NCBI GenBank assembly: GCA_028023455.1
Contig: JAQFVV010000006.1
Location: 8,432,001-8,496,000, forward strand
Length of the DNA stretch: 64,000 bases
Source of the DNA: Epiperipatus broadwayi
Lineage: Eukaryota; Animalia; Onychophora
Reading direction: 5' to 3'
Under the pieces are notes generated by a model. It was not told the origin of the DNA. It saw nothing but the letters and a program-made list of their open reading frames with translations, and made no database searches. Below are positions 49,770 to 62,766 of the stretch, piece after piece (the first letter of the stretch is position 1; the number at the start of each line of letters is the position of its first letter). A program made the translations under genes and the position numbers.

Positions 49770-51675
49770 TAACGTTTAATCTGTCATTTCATTATCACAT
49801 GACCTCCTGAGCAGCTAATCACTTGACTATTTGTCATAGGTAGATAATATTGTAATTAGCAGATACTACTATAAAATTATTTTCTTTCTTTGGTACAACA
49901 ATACTGACATGACAAATTAAACAACTTATATTAAAGCTTACTCTGTTATTTCTGATGTTTGATTATCACATGATCTCAGGAGCAACGAATCACTTTATCA
50001 TAGATAAATAAATTCATAATTGGCAGATACTGTTTTAAAATAATTTTCCTTCTTTCGTATCAAAACACTGACATTACAAATTAAACAGTTTGCATTAAAG
50101 CTTAATTTCACATGATCCACCACTCTCTACACTATCTCATAACACTGATACACTTGAATACATATATGTTGAAAAGATAAATAATCACCAATATACGTAT
50201 TTCATGCTAAACCAGCAATCATCAGTTGGTCCAGATTACCATCTCTACACATATATGCTATAAGTGCTCAGATATATATTAAGATAGCCAATCCTCATAC
50301 TTTAATGGACAGGCTTCAATCTACTCCACACTCCAACTCTTCAACTGTCCATCCAATTGAAAATCTGATGATGGAACGCTCAAAGGCCACCCTAAGGCTG
50401 AGATTCTTGTCACACCCATGTTGACCTAAAGTCAATCTGACCCCTCATACACAGGACATAATCCATTTAATACAAGGGATGGGCAGACATCTCTACTATG
50501 TAATAACTGAAACACACAGGCTTATTATATACCTGGGTTTATATATGTAATATATAGGGTATATGAGCACAGACTTTCACACGACCCACCACTCTCCACA
50601 CTATCTCATAACACTGATACACTTGAACACATATATGTTGAAAAGATAAATAATCACCAATATACGTATTTCATGCTAAACCAGCAATCATCAGTTGGTC
50701 CAGATTACCATCTCTACACATATATGCTATAAGTGCTCAGATATATATTAAGATAGCCAATCCTCATACTTTAATGGACAGGCTTCAATCTATTCCACAC
50801 TCCAACTCTTCAACTGTCCATCCAATTGAAAATCTGATGATGGAATGCTCAAAGGCCACCCTAAGGCTGAGATTCTTGTCACACCCATGTTGTGATTACA
50901 TAGTAGAGATGTTTGCCCATCCCTTGTATTAAATGGATTATGTCCTGTGTATGAGAGGTCAGATTGACTTTAGGTCAACATGGGTGTGACAAGAATCTCA
51001 GCCTTAGGGTGGCCTTTGAGCGTTCCATCATCAGATTTTCAACTGGATGGACAGTTGAAGAGTTGGAGCGTGGAATAGATTGAAGCCTGTCCATTAAAGT
51101 ATGAGGATTGGCTATCTTAATATATATCTAAGCACTTATAGCATATATGTGTAGAGATGGTAATCTGGACCAACTGATGATTGCTAGTTTAGCATGAAAT
51201 ATGTATATTGGTGATTATTTATCTTTTCAACATATATATATATATGTGTGTGTGTTCAAGTGTATCAGTGTTATGAGAGAGTGTGGAGAGTGGTGGGTCC
51301 TGTGAAAGTCTGTGCTCATATACCCTATATATTACATATATAAACCCAGGTATATAATAAGCCTGTGTGTTTCTGTGATTAAAGCTTAATCTATTATTTC
51401 TGCTGTTTGGTTATCACATGACCTCCTGAGAAACTAATCAAATCGTAATTGGCCAATATTGTTTTAAAATAATTTTTATCCTTGGTACCATACCACTGCT
51501 GTGACAAATTAAACAGCTTAGATTAAAGCTTAATCTGTTATTTATGTTGATGTCACATAAACTTCTGAGCAACGAATCCTTCATTATAGAAAGGTAGTTT
51601 CAAAATTGGCAGATACTACTTTAAAATTTTTTTTTCTTTGATATCACAATAGTGACATTACAAATTAAACAGCAA
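49770..51675. repeat. Old tandem array (~145-165 bp unit, ~4 copies) split by the family D insertion
   Basis: TATCACATGA(C/T)CTC..GAGCA...GCAGATACT...ACAAATTAAACA recurs at ~49.8, 49.95, 51.4 and 51.55 kb. Confidence 0.75.
50107..51377. mobile_element. Young family D multimer: ~1.65 minus units plus one permuted plus unit
   Basis: 13-bp TSD ATTAAAGCTTAAT (50094-50106 and 51378-51390). Minus period 469. Plus monomer bounded by TGTGATTA (50891 and 51374). HHRs at 50187-50230(-), 50656-50699(-), 51169-51212(+). Confidence 0.92.
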
Positions 51676-51884
51676 CAATGGTCACTCATCATAACAAAAA
51701 ACATGCCTCACTCTCTTTCTTTTTGGTGTTATTCATTACATAAAAAATAATAATACATATTTAATAAAAAAAAATGACATTAATAATATCACATGATTTC
51801 TCATATGCGTATTCATATGTCTCCAAAAATAGTTATTTTTATGCAACTTTAGAGGCATCAACAATGAGCATGAGAAATCAAGGA

Positions 51885-51950
51885 ATATGGGATTAAATAC
51901 CACTGTAAAATTTCCAGACTAGTTTCTGAACTTTGCCTTCATCAGTGAAG
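51885..51950 (-). mobile_element. Family C fragment limited to the hammerhead region
   Basis: Minus strand TTCA-CTGATGA-AGGCAAAGTTCA-GAAA-CTAG-TC-TGG at 51913-51949. Confidence 0.65.
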
Positions 51951-53344
51951 ACAAATATTCAAAATTGAAACTACTACTGCATTTATTTGACTAATTATTG
52001 CCAACATTTTACAACAAAATTATCTTTATTTTCTCTCCATTGCGTTTATGTTACTATCATTAGTCACTTAAGTTGCTAAATATTTAAACAGTCGAGTTTT
52101 CTCTTATTCTGTCTGTTGTGTTTTACCTTACTGTCATCAGTAGACTTGGGTTGATAAATCTTTATGTGATCAATTAATTAATTGTGATCGATATTATGAA
52201 CATTCCTGAGATATCATTATTATTAGATGTTACCCATAAATGAATTTGGCCATTCAAACTTCACAAAAAAGAGATAAAGAATAAAAAGTTAGAAATCACA
52301 AAACAGAAATGAGATTGGAGTTAGAACTTCTGTACATGTAATCAATGAATGAAAATATTGCAGTACAAATATACAATCTATAATTAATATAAAAAAAAGA
52401 TCTTTATGGAACTAGACATTTCACAATAACTGAGTCTAAGTAACTAAAAGTCACATGCAAATGGCAATAAAAAGAGAATAATGGAAAAAATAATAATTAT
52501 TAATTAAAATTATAAATGTTAGTAGTATTGTCAGACCTGAGTATAAGGGCAAAAGATTAATCAAACTGTTTAGTAGCTGGTTAGTTAGAGTAATAACTTT
52601 TATTCATCTATTGGAACACAGGCACATCTTTGCATGACTGCAAATATGTATCCTATATATGATAGCTATTAAATAGGGATAAATGATTATTCCTCATTAT
52701 AGATGAACTTAGTATCATATGCCAAAAAAGGCAAATACAACACGAGATTTTAATAACAATTAAAATATGATAAATGTTTGAATATTGCTACACAAAAAAG
52801 TCACTACGGGGTGAAATATATGACTCATAATTCTTAGATCCCCCCCCCCCCAATGTTTTCCTTGATAAACTACATCTATGCTTAGTAAAAATAATGAAAC
52901 TGCAGTTTCATAAAGGTATGTGGATAGTAGTGGAACCATATTATTTAAGGCTATATTTGCGAATGAAAGATATTCTTTTTGTTGTTGAATTCAAAATTCT
53001 GACAAATTTTTCATAAAATTCCAATTCAAGAGTTGAATCTGCTCTCAAGCCAATTAATTCTTCTTGAGATAATCCCAGGAGTTTGCAAAATTGTTTAAGT
53101 ATGGTGCAAGTGGCATTTTTATCTGATCATATTCTTTATTTTCATTTTTAAAAAAAAATCAAGACTTTTGTAATGTGCCTAATTGTTATTCTTTTACTTT
53201 CAGCTGACAATAAAATGTTACTGTCTTTAAAAAATTCATGGCGAAAAGTCAAAAATTTCTATATTATTATTGATAAAACGTTTTAACCATGCAGTAAGGC
53301 TATTTTGACATGCTTCAATTTTATAGTTAATATCGTCATTAACA

Positions 53345-54070
53345 CCATCACTATTATTATCAACTATTACTGATCAATTGTGGATGAAGATCTCTTCAAG
53401 TTCACATGACCCTAGAATAGTTTATTCTTCATCCATTTCGCATGTGGTCACTTTCTAAGACTTTTATAATCTCTTGGAATTCAGTTTAAGATTTCAACTG
53501 ACAACCCATTATCGTTTCTTCTGGATATGTCCAGCACAACTTCACTTGGGTCGCTTGATTTTTTTCGATGATGTCAGTAACATCTGTTTGTTCTCTCACA
53601 CTTATAATGGATCAATCTCTTTTAGTTACTCCTAATAGGAATGATTAGATTACATCTCACCCATGTAATTCATTTCCAATTTTACCCCTAATAATAATGA
53701 TTAGAGTACATAATGATATTAGGATGATTAACATTGAGAAGGGTGTATGTTAGAGTGAATCCATGTGTCTAAACCTTTACAGTAATTTCCGCAAGAAGTA
53801 TTTTGCAGAGTAGTTTCCGCAAGAAGTATTTTGCAGATTAAAATGGGAAGTTAAGGAAATAAAAGTAAATGGAGATTATGTAAGTCACCTAGAGTTTACA
53901 GATGATGTAAGTAAATGGAGATTATGTAAGTCACCTAGAGTTTACAGATGATGTAATTGTTTTTGCAAACAATGCTTTAGAGCTTTAAAAATGTTGCAAG
54001 AGTTATTAGATGAAAGTAAAAGAGTGGGACTAAAAGTAAATGCCAAGAAGACTAAAGTAATATTCACGAT
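53345..54070. mobile_element. RTE fragment with inverted RT segment
   Basis: 3' end on minus (53345-53640); RT core (KWEVKEIKVNGDYVSHLEFTDD, VGLKVNAKKTKV) on plus (53670-54070) with two small local tandem duplications. Confidence 0.8.
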
Positions 54071-54224
54071 GTTTATAATATGTGTAATTCTTTCAGTGAT
54101 TTTTTTTATTATAATGAACATATAAATAAAAAAATTATTTAAATAAATATAAATACAATCATAGTGTATAAATAACATCAAATGCCACTATTAAGAATTT
54201 ATCTTTCAGGGCCACAATATGATA

Positions 54225-54555
54225 TTCCAGGGAGTGATGGCTCAGTTGGTTAGAGTGTTACCTTAAAATTAAAAACTCAAGAATCTAAGGGCCCAGGTTC
54301 GAATCCCATGATAGTACTGTCACTGGTCAGGCCAGCAACACTTGAAGAAGAGGGGAGAATAATACCTCTTGAAACGTTGTGCATATACCAACCTGTTTGA
54401 TGTACTAATACTAACAGTTGAATGTATTTGGAAAATTTAAATAAAGTTAAATTTTTCTAAAGACATTCAATACATCTATTAATTAGATGATGGAAATAGT
54501 CCAATATAAAAATACAACTAGAACTCCATCATCACAAACCTTCAGAAAAACATTT
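54225..54555 (+). mobile_element. Family A complete single copy: tRNA-Phe-like head, hammerhead, AT-rich tail
   Basis: A box TGGCTCAGTTGG (54238-54249), B box GGTTCGAATCC (54296-54306). HHR ACAC-TTGAAGA-AGAGG...CCTCT T-GAAA-CG-TT-GTG at 54338-54382. Tail colinear with 30770-30940. Confidence 0.85.
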
Positions 54556-54639
54556 ATATCAATCAGTTTGAGAAATTCAGTTTGCTTACTTTTTCAAAAA
54601 TTTCCTGCCAGGTAAAAAAAAACAAATATATTTGATTTG

Positions 54640-55650
54640 GATCACAAAAAGAGATGCTAATAGCGAATTTTTACTGAGAAGAGAAATTCATAATTCATCT
54701 TTTAATATTAAAACTCTTTTTAGAACTTTAATACAAGACAGCCATCTTATTTCTGTATGACATAAGAGATTTGTAATTGGAGTCAATCTCTTGCTATAAA
54801 ATTTGAAAGGGTTTGTATAGTGGCAATACCTTTTATGCAATTAACTATAGTGGAAACTTGATAGCACATTACTAAGCGATTCTTCTTCCATATGTTGAAA
54901 TATTAGATTTTCTCTGTGGATAATGCAATGAACATGTCTTGCATTCAGACAAACCTTTTTAAATTCTCCTATGGCTGCAAGTCCGTCGATGTAAATCCCA
55001 TTGTGCTTTTGACATTCAAGATCAATTTCTATAAGTAATTCACCTTTTCAAATATATCTCTTCCTTTAATTATGTTGGAGAAACTTCTACAAAACAGTAG
55101 ATCTTTATGAATTTGCAAGTTATGCAGATATCTGACAAAAATTATTAAATTGGCATCATTTGTATTGTCAGAAGACTCTTGAAGTTGCACAGCAAAAATC
55201 ATACTTTCTTTGATTTTTGATAATAATATATACACAATATGGTCAGCAATGCTATCTATTCTTTTAATTGCATTCATCTGATAGAGGTTTTTTTTAAACG
55301 GTTTGAGATTTTGAAACCATGCATAGATCCGCAATTTTTATTACTCCTGCTAAAATGAGATCTTCATCAATTGTATAATGTCTTTTTTTTATTTTACCAA
55401 TTTACGAAGCAACTTTGCCATCTTAATTTGTCAGTCTTTTTTTCAAAAAGTACAATTGTCTTATATTATGCACAGCATCTAAGTGGTGATTAAGTTTTTC
55501 AGATCTCACAAACATTTGATGACTATTTCTGGAAAATTGCATACATAGATCTGTAGGAATCATTATGTAAAGTCATAAATCTGTATTTCAAGTAAGAAGA
55601 ATCATGTTTATGAATTTCTTCACATGATATTTTCTGCCTCTCACCATCCG
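54640..55650 (-). pseudogene. Decayed hAT Buster/Charlie (ZBED5-like) transposase
   Basis: FAVQLQESSD (FALQLDESTD), LIIFVRY...DLLFC, TDG-like and HTEIRWLS motifs; N-terminal RKYH...KLNHHL remnants; many stops. Confidence 0.85.
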
Positions 55651-56486
55651 GGTGTTGAAAATGATATTGAACCATTCTGCCGGCTCTGATAAAATGAGAC
55701 ACTATCGCTTGTGACTCGGACTCTCTGGTGTCTTCATAAACTTTGACTGACTAATCTCTACAAATACACGGTATTTTTATTAGCCAATTAAACCTCTCGG
55801 GCTTGAATATTTAATGAAAAATTATCAAAAGCACTAGTACCAGTGTTACAAACATAAACCTAATAAACTGTGCAAGTAAGATTCTTCTCCGATGTTTGTA
55901 ATGATTTTTAAATTACGTTACAAAGGTAAATGTTATTTTCACATCAAAATTTAAAAAACACTCCTTGACAAGATCCATAACTTCCAGTTTGAGAAACTCT
56001 GGTCATGAAATCTTCAGCAATAAATATTCCATTTTTTTATCTATTTACAAATGATACGTTCGTTTTGAAGAAGATTGTAATTTAAAAAAGAAAAGCAAGA
56101 AAGATTCATAAATTCTAAGAATCAATTACGATAACAAATTGGAATTTTGTTGGTTTTTAATTTAATCAATTAATATCTATTTGCATACAAAAATGTGCTA
56201 AATTAAAAGCTTCCATATTAATAAATTGTTCTTTTTAAGTAAGACTCATATTCTAAAGAAGTGTGATGTCAATTGTTTTTTTCGTTGCGAAGATATGATG
56301 AAAGATAGAAACCATTGAAGAGCTACAGTTAGATTTTGTGTTGAAGTATTTCGGAAAAATTAACTTTCTGCCAAAGAAATTAAAAGACAACTTGTAAAAT
56401 AACAAGTAAAGAAAAAATTGGACCAGCATGTACTATATATGCATATATTGGTGTTTCACAGATTGGTTTATCTAGTCATGGCAAAA

Positions 56487-56540
56487 CTCTCTCTCTCTCC
56501 CTCTCTCTCTCTCTCTCCCTCTCCCTCTGTCTCTCTCTCA

Positions 56541-56578
<38 letters not shown>
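56487..56578. repeat. (CT)n microsatellite
   Basis: Imperfect CT dinucleotide run. Confidence 0.95.
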
Positions 56579-56579
<1 letters not shown>

Positions 56580-58149
56580 TTTTCTTGCTTTGTTTCCCTG
56601 GACTTAGAATGGTCATAGTCACTCATAAGTGGCTAGTTTTTCACATTTTTGAACCTATGAAGGCTGAAATGGTTTGTACTGAGAGCAATGACATCAAGCA
56701 CAAAATAAAGGAGGTGTGCTTTATAGCAGAAAACCCCAAATCCATCAATAGGAGAGATGCTTGCATCTCCATTTTAAAAAAATGGGTGGTCTAGGTGATT
56801 TGCATACATCCCTATTAGACAAACTAACAACAAACATTATTATTATAAGCTATGAATATGGCAACATGAAGTTCCCAAAAGTGCTAAGCAACTATAAACT
56901 TTTAATATAGCATTAAGGATGTGCGTTTCAAGCGCAATATATAGATTAAGAATCATAAGAGAAGTAAAACTAAGCTGCTTATTACTATTATTATTAGATA
57001 TCTAGTTCAGATGTAAATTTTATATTTATGTTGAGCTTATATTAGTTTGCTCAAAATACTTCACATAAAGCTTACAATGATAGAGATGGAGCCATTATAC
57101 TTAACAATTGGTTACCTATTGTTCATTTTTGCGCATGCAAGTTACCGGCTTGAAGACAATTTGAATGAGTACTTTTTTGATCATTTATCATTGCCAGCCT
57201 TTGTCATGCCCAAACCTTAATGCAATTTCATCTCAATAAACAATTTTTTATATGGCTCTCAATTTGTCTTCATTTAGTTCACTAAACAGACTTAAGTAAA
57301 GCAACTTAATGAAAACTGCATAAAAAATTAATTAATATATCATATAATTTTAAAAATAGTTTTTTTTACATTCCAAATAAAATCAATTACAGAATAAGAA
57401 AGGTTTATATGAAAAATATATGTCCTTCTTCTGGGTTTTACTCCCATAGATCATGGAATGGCTCTGTCACTTTCGGTCCCCCAGATTATCTTATGAACTC
57501 TCAAACAATAAACCATTTGATTGTTTTAATAGCTAGGCTCCTATAATCAATAACTGGATGAGGAAGGTTGCTTATGTACTACTAGGAAAAAACAAACAAA
57601 CTTGGATTTAAACTCGCAAGAATTAAGTATGATAAGAGCTTGCACTAATCCATATGTGATAGGACCTTTTTTGGATTAAAAAAGTGTACATACTGATCCA
57701 CTATTTTTATCATTACAGACACTAAATTTGCAAAAAAATACTGTTGTGGAACACGTGAAAAAATTGTAATATTCTACAGGTAAAAGTTCAAAAATATAGG
57801 TTAGTTCCCAAACTACTGGTCGAATGTTTGCACACAGCAAACCATTTCGGTGCTATAAAATCATAAAAGATTACTATGTTATTATCATCTCTAAATCCTG
57901 TTAGAGAGGCAAAGTAGAAAGGTTTTAATCAAAATAATTAAGTAAGCTGGAAAAATTAAAGTTTTCAGCTAACAATTAAAATGATGGGTTTCTAATTTTT
58001 AATTACTACTCTTTCTTTTTTTTTTTAATCTTCCAAAAAGTGTTCTCTGGCAGAAATAGCAGTTGTTCATGAATATAAACCCCCCATACTTCACATATCA
58101 TTAAAAAAAAAAAACTCCGAATAATTTTTTTAAATATAATACATTAAAA

Positions 58150-58485
58150 AAATTTTTTTTTTAAATAATGCTTTTCTGTAAATAGCCAACTAAAAAATAC
58201 AAAATGCCATTCTTGGAAAATATCAGAAATCTTAAAAATCTAGACTTGTTATAAAACAATTGGAATTTGAAGAAATATTGTCATTTCATAAAAGCATTTG
58301 AGGCTCAAATAAATCATAAAAATCAAAAAAGCCTCAAATGCTTTTATGAAATGACAAAACAATTCTAGATTCTTCAGTTCTCTGATATTTTCCAACAATG
58401 GCAAATTAACCGAGAAGTGGATCGCTTTGTTATTTTTCTATATTTTAGTCAGCTATTTGCATAAAAGTATTATTTAAAAAAATTG
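58150..58485. repeat. Foldback with perfect 28-bp inner stem
   Basis: TTGTCATTTCATAAAAGCATTTGAGGCT (58278-58305) / AGCCTCAAATGCTTTTATGAAATGACAA (58330-58357); outer arms imperfect. Confidence 0.8.
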
Positions 58486-59944
58486 TTTTACATATTACTT
58501 TTTAATTATATTTACATATTATTTTTTAAAAAATGATTAAAACTACAAAAAAAAAAAATCTGATAAAAAATATAATTTAATAATAAAACATAAGATAAAA
58601 ATACATCATATGATTGTCTACTGTATGAAAATATTTATGTATTGGCTTTTTAATTAATTTAATTAACTAAGTAAGAATTAAAATTTTATTCTACAAATGT
58701 AATATTTCCATCAGATTTTTATTTTTTTTATTTTAATTAATTAAGTATGAATTAAATCAATATCGACTAAATTTTATTTTACAAACGTAATATTTCTATT
58801 GGCTCAGTTGTTAAAAAGTTTTCTAGGTAGCATAAGGACGTGAGTTCGAGTTTTAAACGCAAACATTTTTTTTTCATTGTTAAAAATTCAAAAATGCAGA
58901 CACAGCGACAGAAACGTACAGAGGCAGCACAAAATAATATAAACACATTTAAAAAATTTGATGTGGTTTCGTAATGCATTCAAAAATCAAAAACAGAAAT
59001 CGATAAATATATCTCTTAAAAATAATTCAAATCTACCAATTTAATACATAATCCACTCAGAAATTTAAAAATCAATCAACATATCCACACTGTTTAACCA
59101 TTTTGTCTATCTGGTAAAAAGTTATGCATATTATTTTAATTTAGTACTCTTGGCTCCATACAGGACTTTCTTCCACAGATGTTAGTGAATCTGTTCATGG
59201 TCTCATAACCTAGAGTATTTTAAGTCCGAGTCTGATAAACAATAGAAATTGTTTTAAGTACTTAACAAGCTCACTTTGTTTCCATCAGATAGCTGTCCGA
59301 CAAACCAACTTTGCTAGCCATTCAATTATTTTCTAATAAATTAGTATCTTGCTATTATTAGCTAGAGAGTAAAAGTCATGTGTTAATCTGAGTCAGTTAA
59401 ATAAGTACCAATGCACTAACTGTAAAAAAAAGACAATTATATAATGTACTTTTCATTACTGGATCATAGTCTTGACGGAGAAAGGGGGAGTTGCATTTGT
59501 AATGTACCTTTAATCTGCTTTAATTAATTGTCCCTGTTGTCAATTTTATCAACCATTATCTAATATTACTTTTTTAATAGTTTATTTTTTGGTATTATAC
59601 TATAATATTGGCAAAAAATAAAATAAAATGGAAACACACAGCTGGTGGTTTACATACATACGCATATATAAATCAATCAAATATCACATGCTTAAATTTA
59701 ACATAGGCATATCTAATCAACAAACACCAACCAGATAGTAGTGCTATAATCCACATTCTATGACTAGTTTTTGATTAATGGAATTCAATAATTAAAGACT
59801 TTTAGATAACTGGCACTTCTAAAGAGCTATCACTGACTTTTTTACATAATCATGTTAATCACCATAAATTCAAAAACAACATAAGATTTAACTGAGACAA
59901 CATATTTGTATAATTATATAGATCAAACATTACTAAGTATAAAC

Positions 59945-60621
59945 CAGGAGTGGCCAAAACATTGACCACAAAGCTGATGTGAACACTGACAAATTATAGC
60001 AATAAATTCAGGGCTGAGGTGAATATAAAAAACAAAAAAGGAAAAATTCAAAATTAAAATAAATGTTGTTATTGCCAATCCCAAAAATAAACCCAGGTTA
60101 GATGAAGCTGAAAAGATTTAAATTATTTTTGTGTAACACTAGAGTAAAATTCTTAGAAATCTTTAATTGCCATTTTCCTGAGGAGAAATGAAAATAACTT
60201 GTCCTGGAGAAACAAGAATTTTAATGAACTTTTTAAAACCCTTTGTATAGTAATTTAATAATTGTAATTTAATAAATATTTTATAAAGTGACATGGACAA
60301 ATTGTAATACTAGAGGGAGCTGAGGTAATTTAATATTAGTCATATAAAATGTCTTCAACAGTTTATATCTTTTAAAAATGTCATCAATATTTCAGAGTAC
60401 CTAAAAAGTCCTTATAAAAAAACCCCACCAATTCCTAAGTATATTCTAAAAAAAACCAGGACTTCAAACCATTATTTTTTTCTGCTCCAGTTTTCATTCT
60501 GGCAAAAATAACATTTTTTTTTTTTTTTGTGGTTTCCAATTCCAAGCCCTGAAAAAAATGTAGTTGCCTTCAGGTACACTTTCACCATAAAAGTCGCCCC
60601 CAAAAAGTTTGGCCACCCCTG
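59945..60621. mobile_element. Candidate hAT MITE
   Basis: CAGGAGTGGCCAAAAC / GTTTGGCCACCCCTG TIR-like ends; the 8-bp flanks match only 5/8. Confidence 0.55.
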
Positions 60622-61307
60622 CTATACATAAATATAAAGTATGGCACAGTGAAATTGTTTAGTATATCTAAAAAATATATTATATGCAGAAAAAGGTGAA
60701 GTTGGATTCATTATTACACATTTTTATGTTTAATTAAAAAGCAGGTATATTAATATTTAACTGGGTTTAAAATTTATATCTCCTCTATGAATTATGTAAA
60801 AATCTCTAACCTAATAAATAATTAACAATAATCATTAAAGTATTTATCTGCAGTGGATAGTATCAAAGTTGTAAGTATAGAAAATTTAATATTCGTAAAT
60901 TAAATTATAATAATTAAACATTACTTAGTTAATTTTTCTTACAAAATCTATAAGATGGTGGGGGATGGTGGACATAAAGACAACATGGCCATTATGATGT
61001 GATTTGCATATTGAAATATTTTTTGTAAACTATAGAGTCATTTGTCTTTCATCGAATCTTTATTCATTTGATTTGAAAAGGATGTATGGAGGTTTTTTAA
61101 TACTTTTATAAATATATTAGAAAAATAGATATATTAAACTTTAACAGGTTTAAAGCTTATATCTGACTAGAGATAATCTCTAGTTTAGTAAATGATTAGT
61201 AATAATCATTACTGTATTTATCTGGAGTGATTGGCGTCAAAGTTGTGGGTAGAGTAAGTTTGACCCTTGTAATCAAAATTTAATAATTTATTTTATTGAT
61301 ATTAATA

Positions 61308-61633
61308 TATAGGGTATATGAGCACAGGCCTTTACATTATCCACCACCCTTCACTTTATCTTATAACACTGATACACTTGAACATATATATGTCGAAAAG
61401 ATAAATAATCACCAATATACATATTTCATGCTAAACCAGCAATCATCAGTTGGTCCAGATTACCATCTCTACACATATAAGCAATAAGTGCTCAGATATA
61501 TATCCTCATACTTTAATGGACAGGCTTCAATCTACTCCACACTCCAACTCTTCAACTGACCATCCAATTGAAAATCTGATGATGGAATGCTGAAAGGCCA
61601 TCCTGAGGCTGATATTCTTGTCACACCCATATA
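61308..61633 (-). mobile_element. Family D single 5'-truncated copy
   Basis: 11-bp TSD TGATATTAATA (61297-61307 and 61634-61644); HHR at 61411-61454; highly similar to the 50.1-51.4 kb copies. Confidence 0.9.
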
Positions 61634-62593
61634 TGATATTAATACTTTAATATATAGAATATACTTAGTAGTAACTAAAGAAGTAAATCAAAACAATACT
61701 TTGCAATTTTGTTTGGATAATGGTCATTTTTTAATTAGGGATGTTCGGATTAATAGCAGTCCACATATATGTGTGTATTTATTAGACGAATAAATATAAT
61801 TCGTTTTCAGCAATGATTTTTCTAATTAAAAAACTCCTAATTTTATATGTAGAAACTACATACGTAATAAAATATTTATTTTATAATAAAAATAAACGGG
61901 GGAAGGGGAGGAGTATATATTTAGAAAGACGATTACAAATCTCTAATTCAATATTTTGAAAAATTGATATTTTGTAATAATAATCTTCTGAAGTTTAGTG
62001 TTGATGTTGAAAAGTCAGGACCAAGTTTATGACCTTAAGCGATTTTTACTCAGATTATTTAGCAGCATGTATTATAACAGCTGGTAAAAAAGCATTTATA
62101 ATTAAATTCAAACTTTCAAAATAACAAACAAATAAATAAACACAACATAGAAGAAAACAAAGTAAATAATTAACAAAAAAACAAGACAGAAAAACGCCTA
62201 ATTAATTAAACGCAAATAAAAATGAAACCAGTTGATAATTAAACTCTTTAAATAGCCTACTGCAAGCCAAATGCCTTTCCAATATCCCCCCCCCCCCACA
62301 GTAAATAAGATAACTTCTAGATTGTGTGAATTAAAGGTTTGTCCATACTTGTTTTATTCTCTAGCTAAGTATAGTAGACACCCATTTACCGACCAATATT
62401 GGATGGATAGCGCATTGGTTTGTGATGACTAGCTGGAAAAGAAAAAATTCAAAACCTAATTGCAACTTCAAAAAATTTGCCAATTTTTACATAGTCCATA
62501 AATTCCAAGTCATGAATAAGGCAGGTAGATGCACTATTTCTAAACCATGAGTTCTTGTGCCAAGTTGAAAAGTATAGAAATAAAATTTCCTAA

Positions 62594-62766
62594 ATGCTTT
62601 CTTGAAAGTTTGTGATGATGATGTTTTAGTTGTATTTGTATGTTGGCCCATTTCCATCATCTAATATGAGTATTGAATGTCTTTAGAAAAATTTAACTTT
62701 ATTTAAATATTCCAAATACATTCAATTGTTAGTAATAGGACATTGGATGATGGAAATAGTCCAACA
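62594..62766. mobile_element. Family A tail-only head-to-head insertion
   Basis: Reverse complement of the 54410-54550 tail plus a short plus arm; TSD TAAAATTTC(C/T)TAA (62581-62593 and 62767-62779). Confidence 0.8.

Noticed and set aside
14293-51377. CRISPR-like or prokaryotic repeat arrays
   Set aside because: Repeats are hundreds of bp, lack unique spacers, and lie in eukaryotic transposon context; no cas genes.
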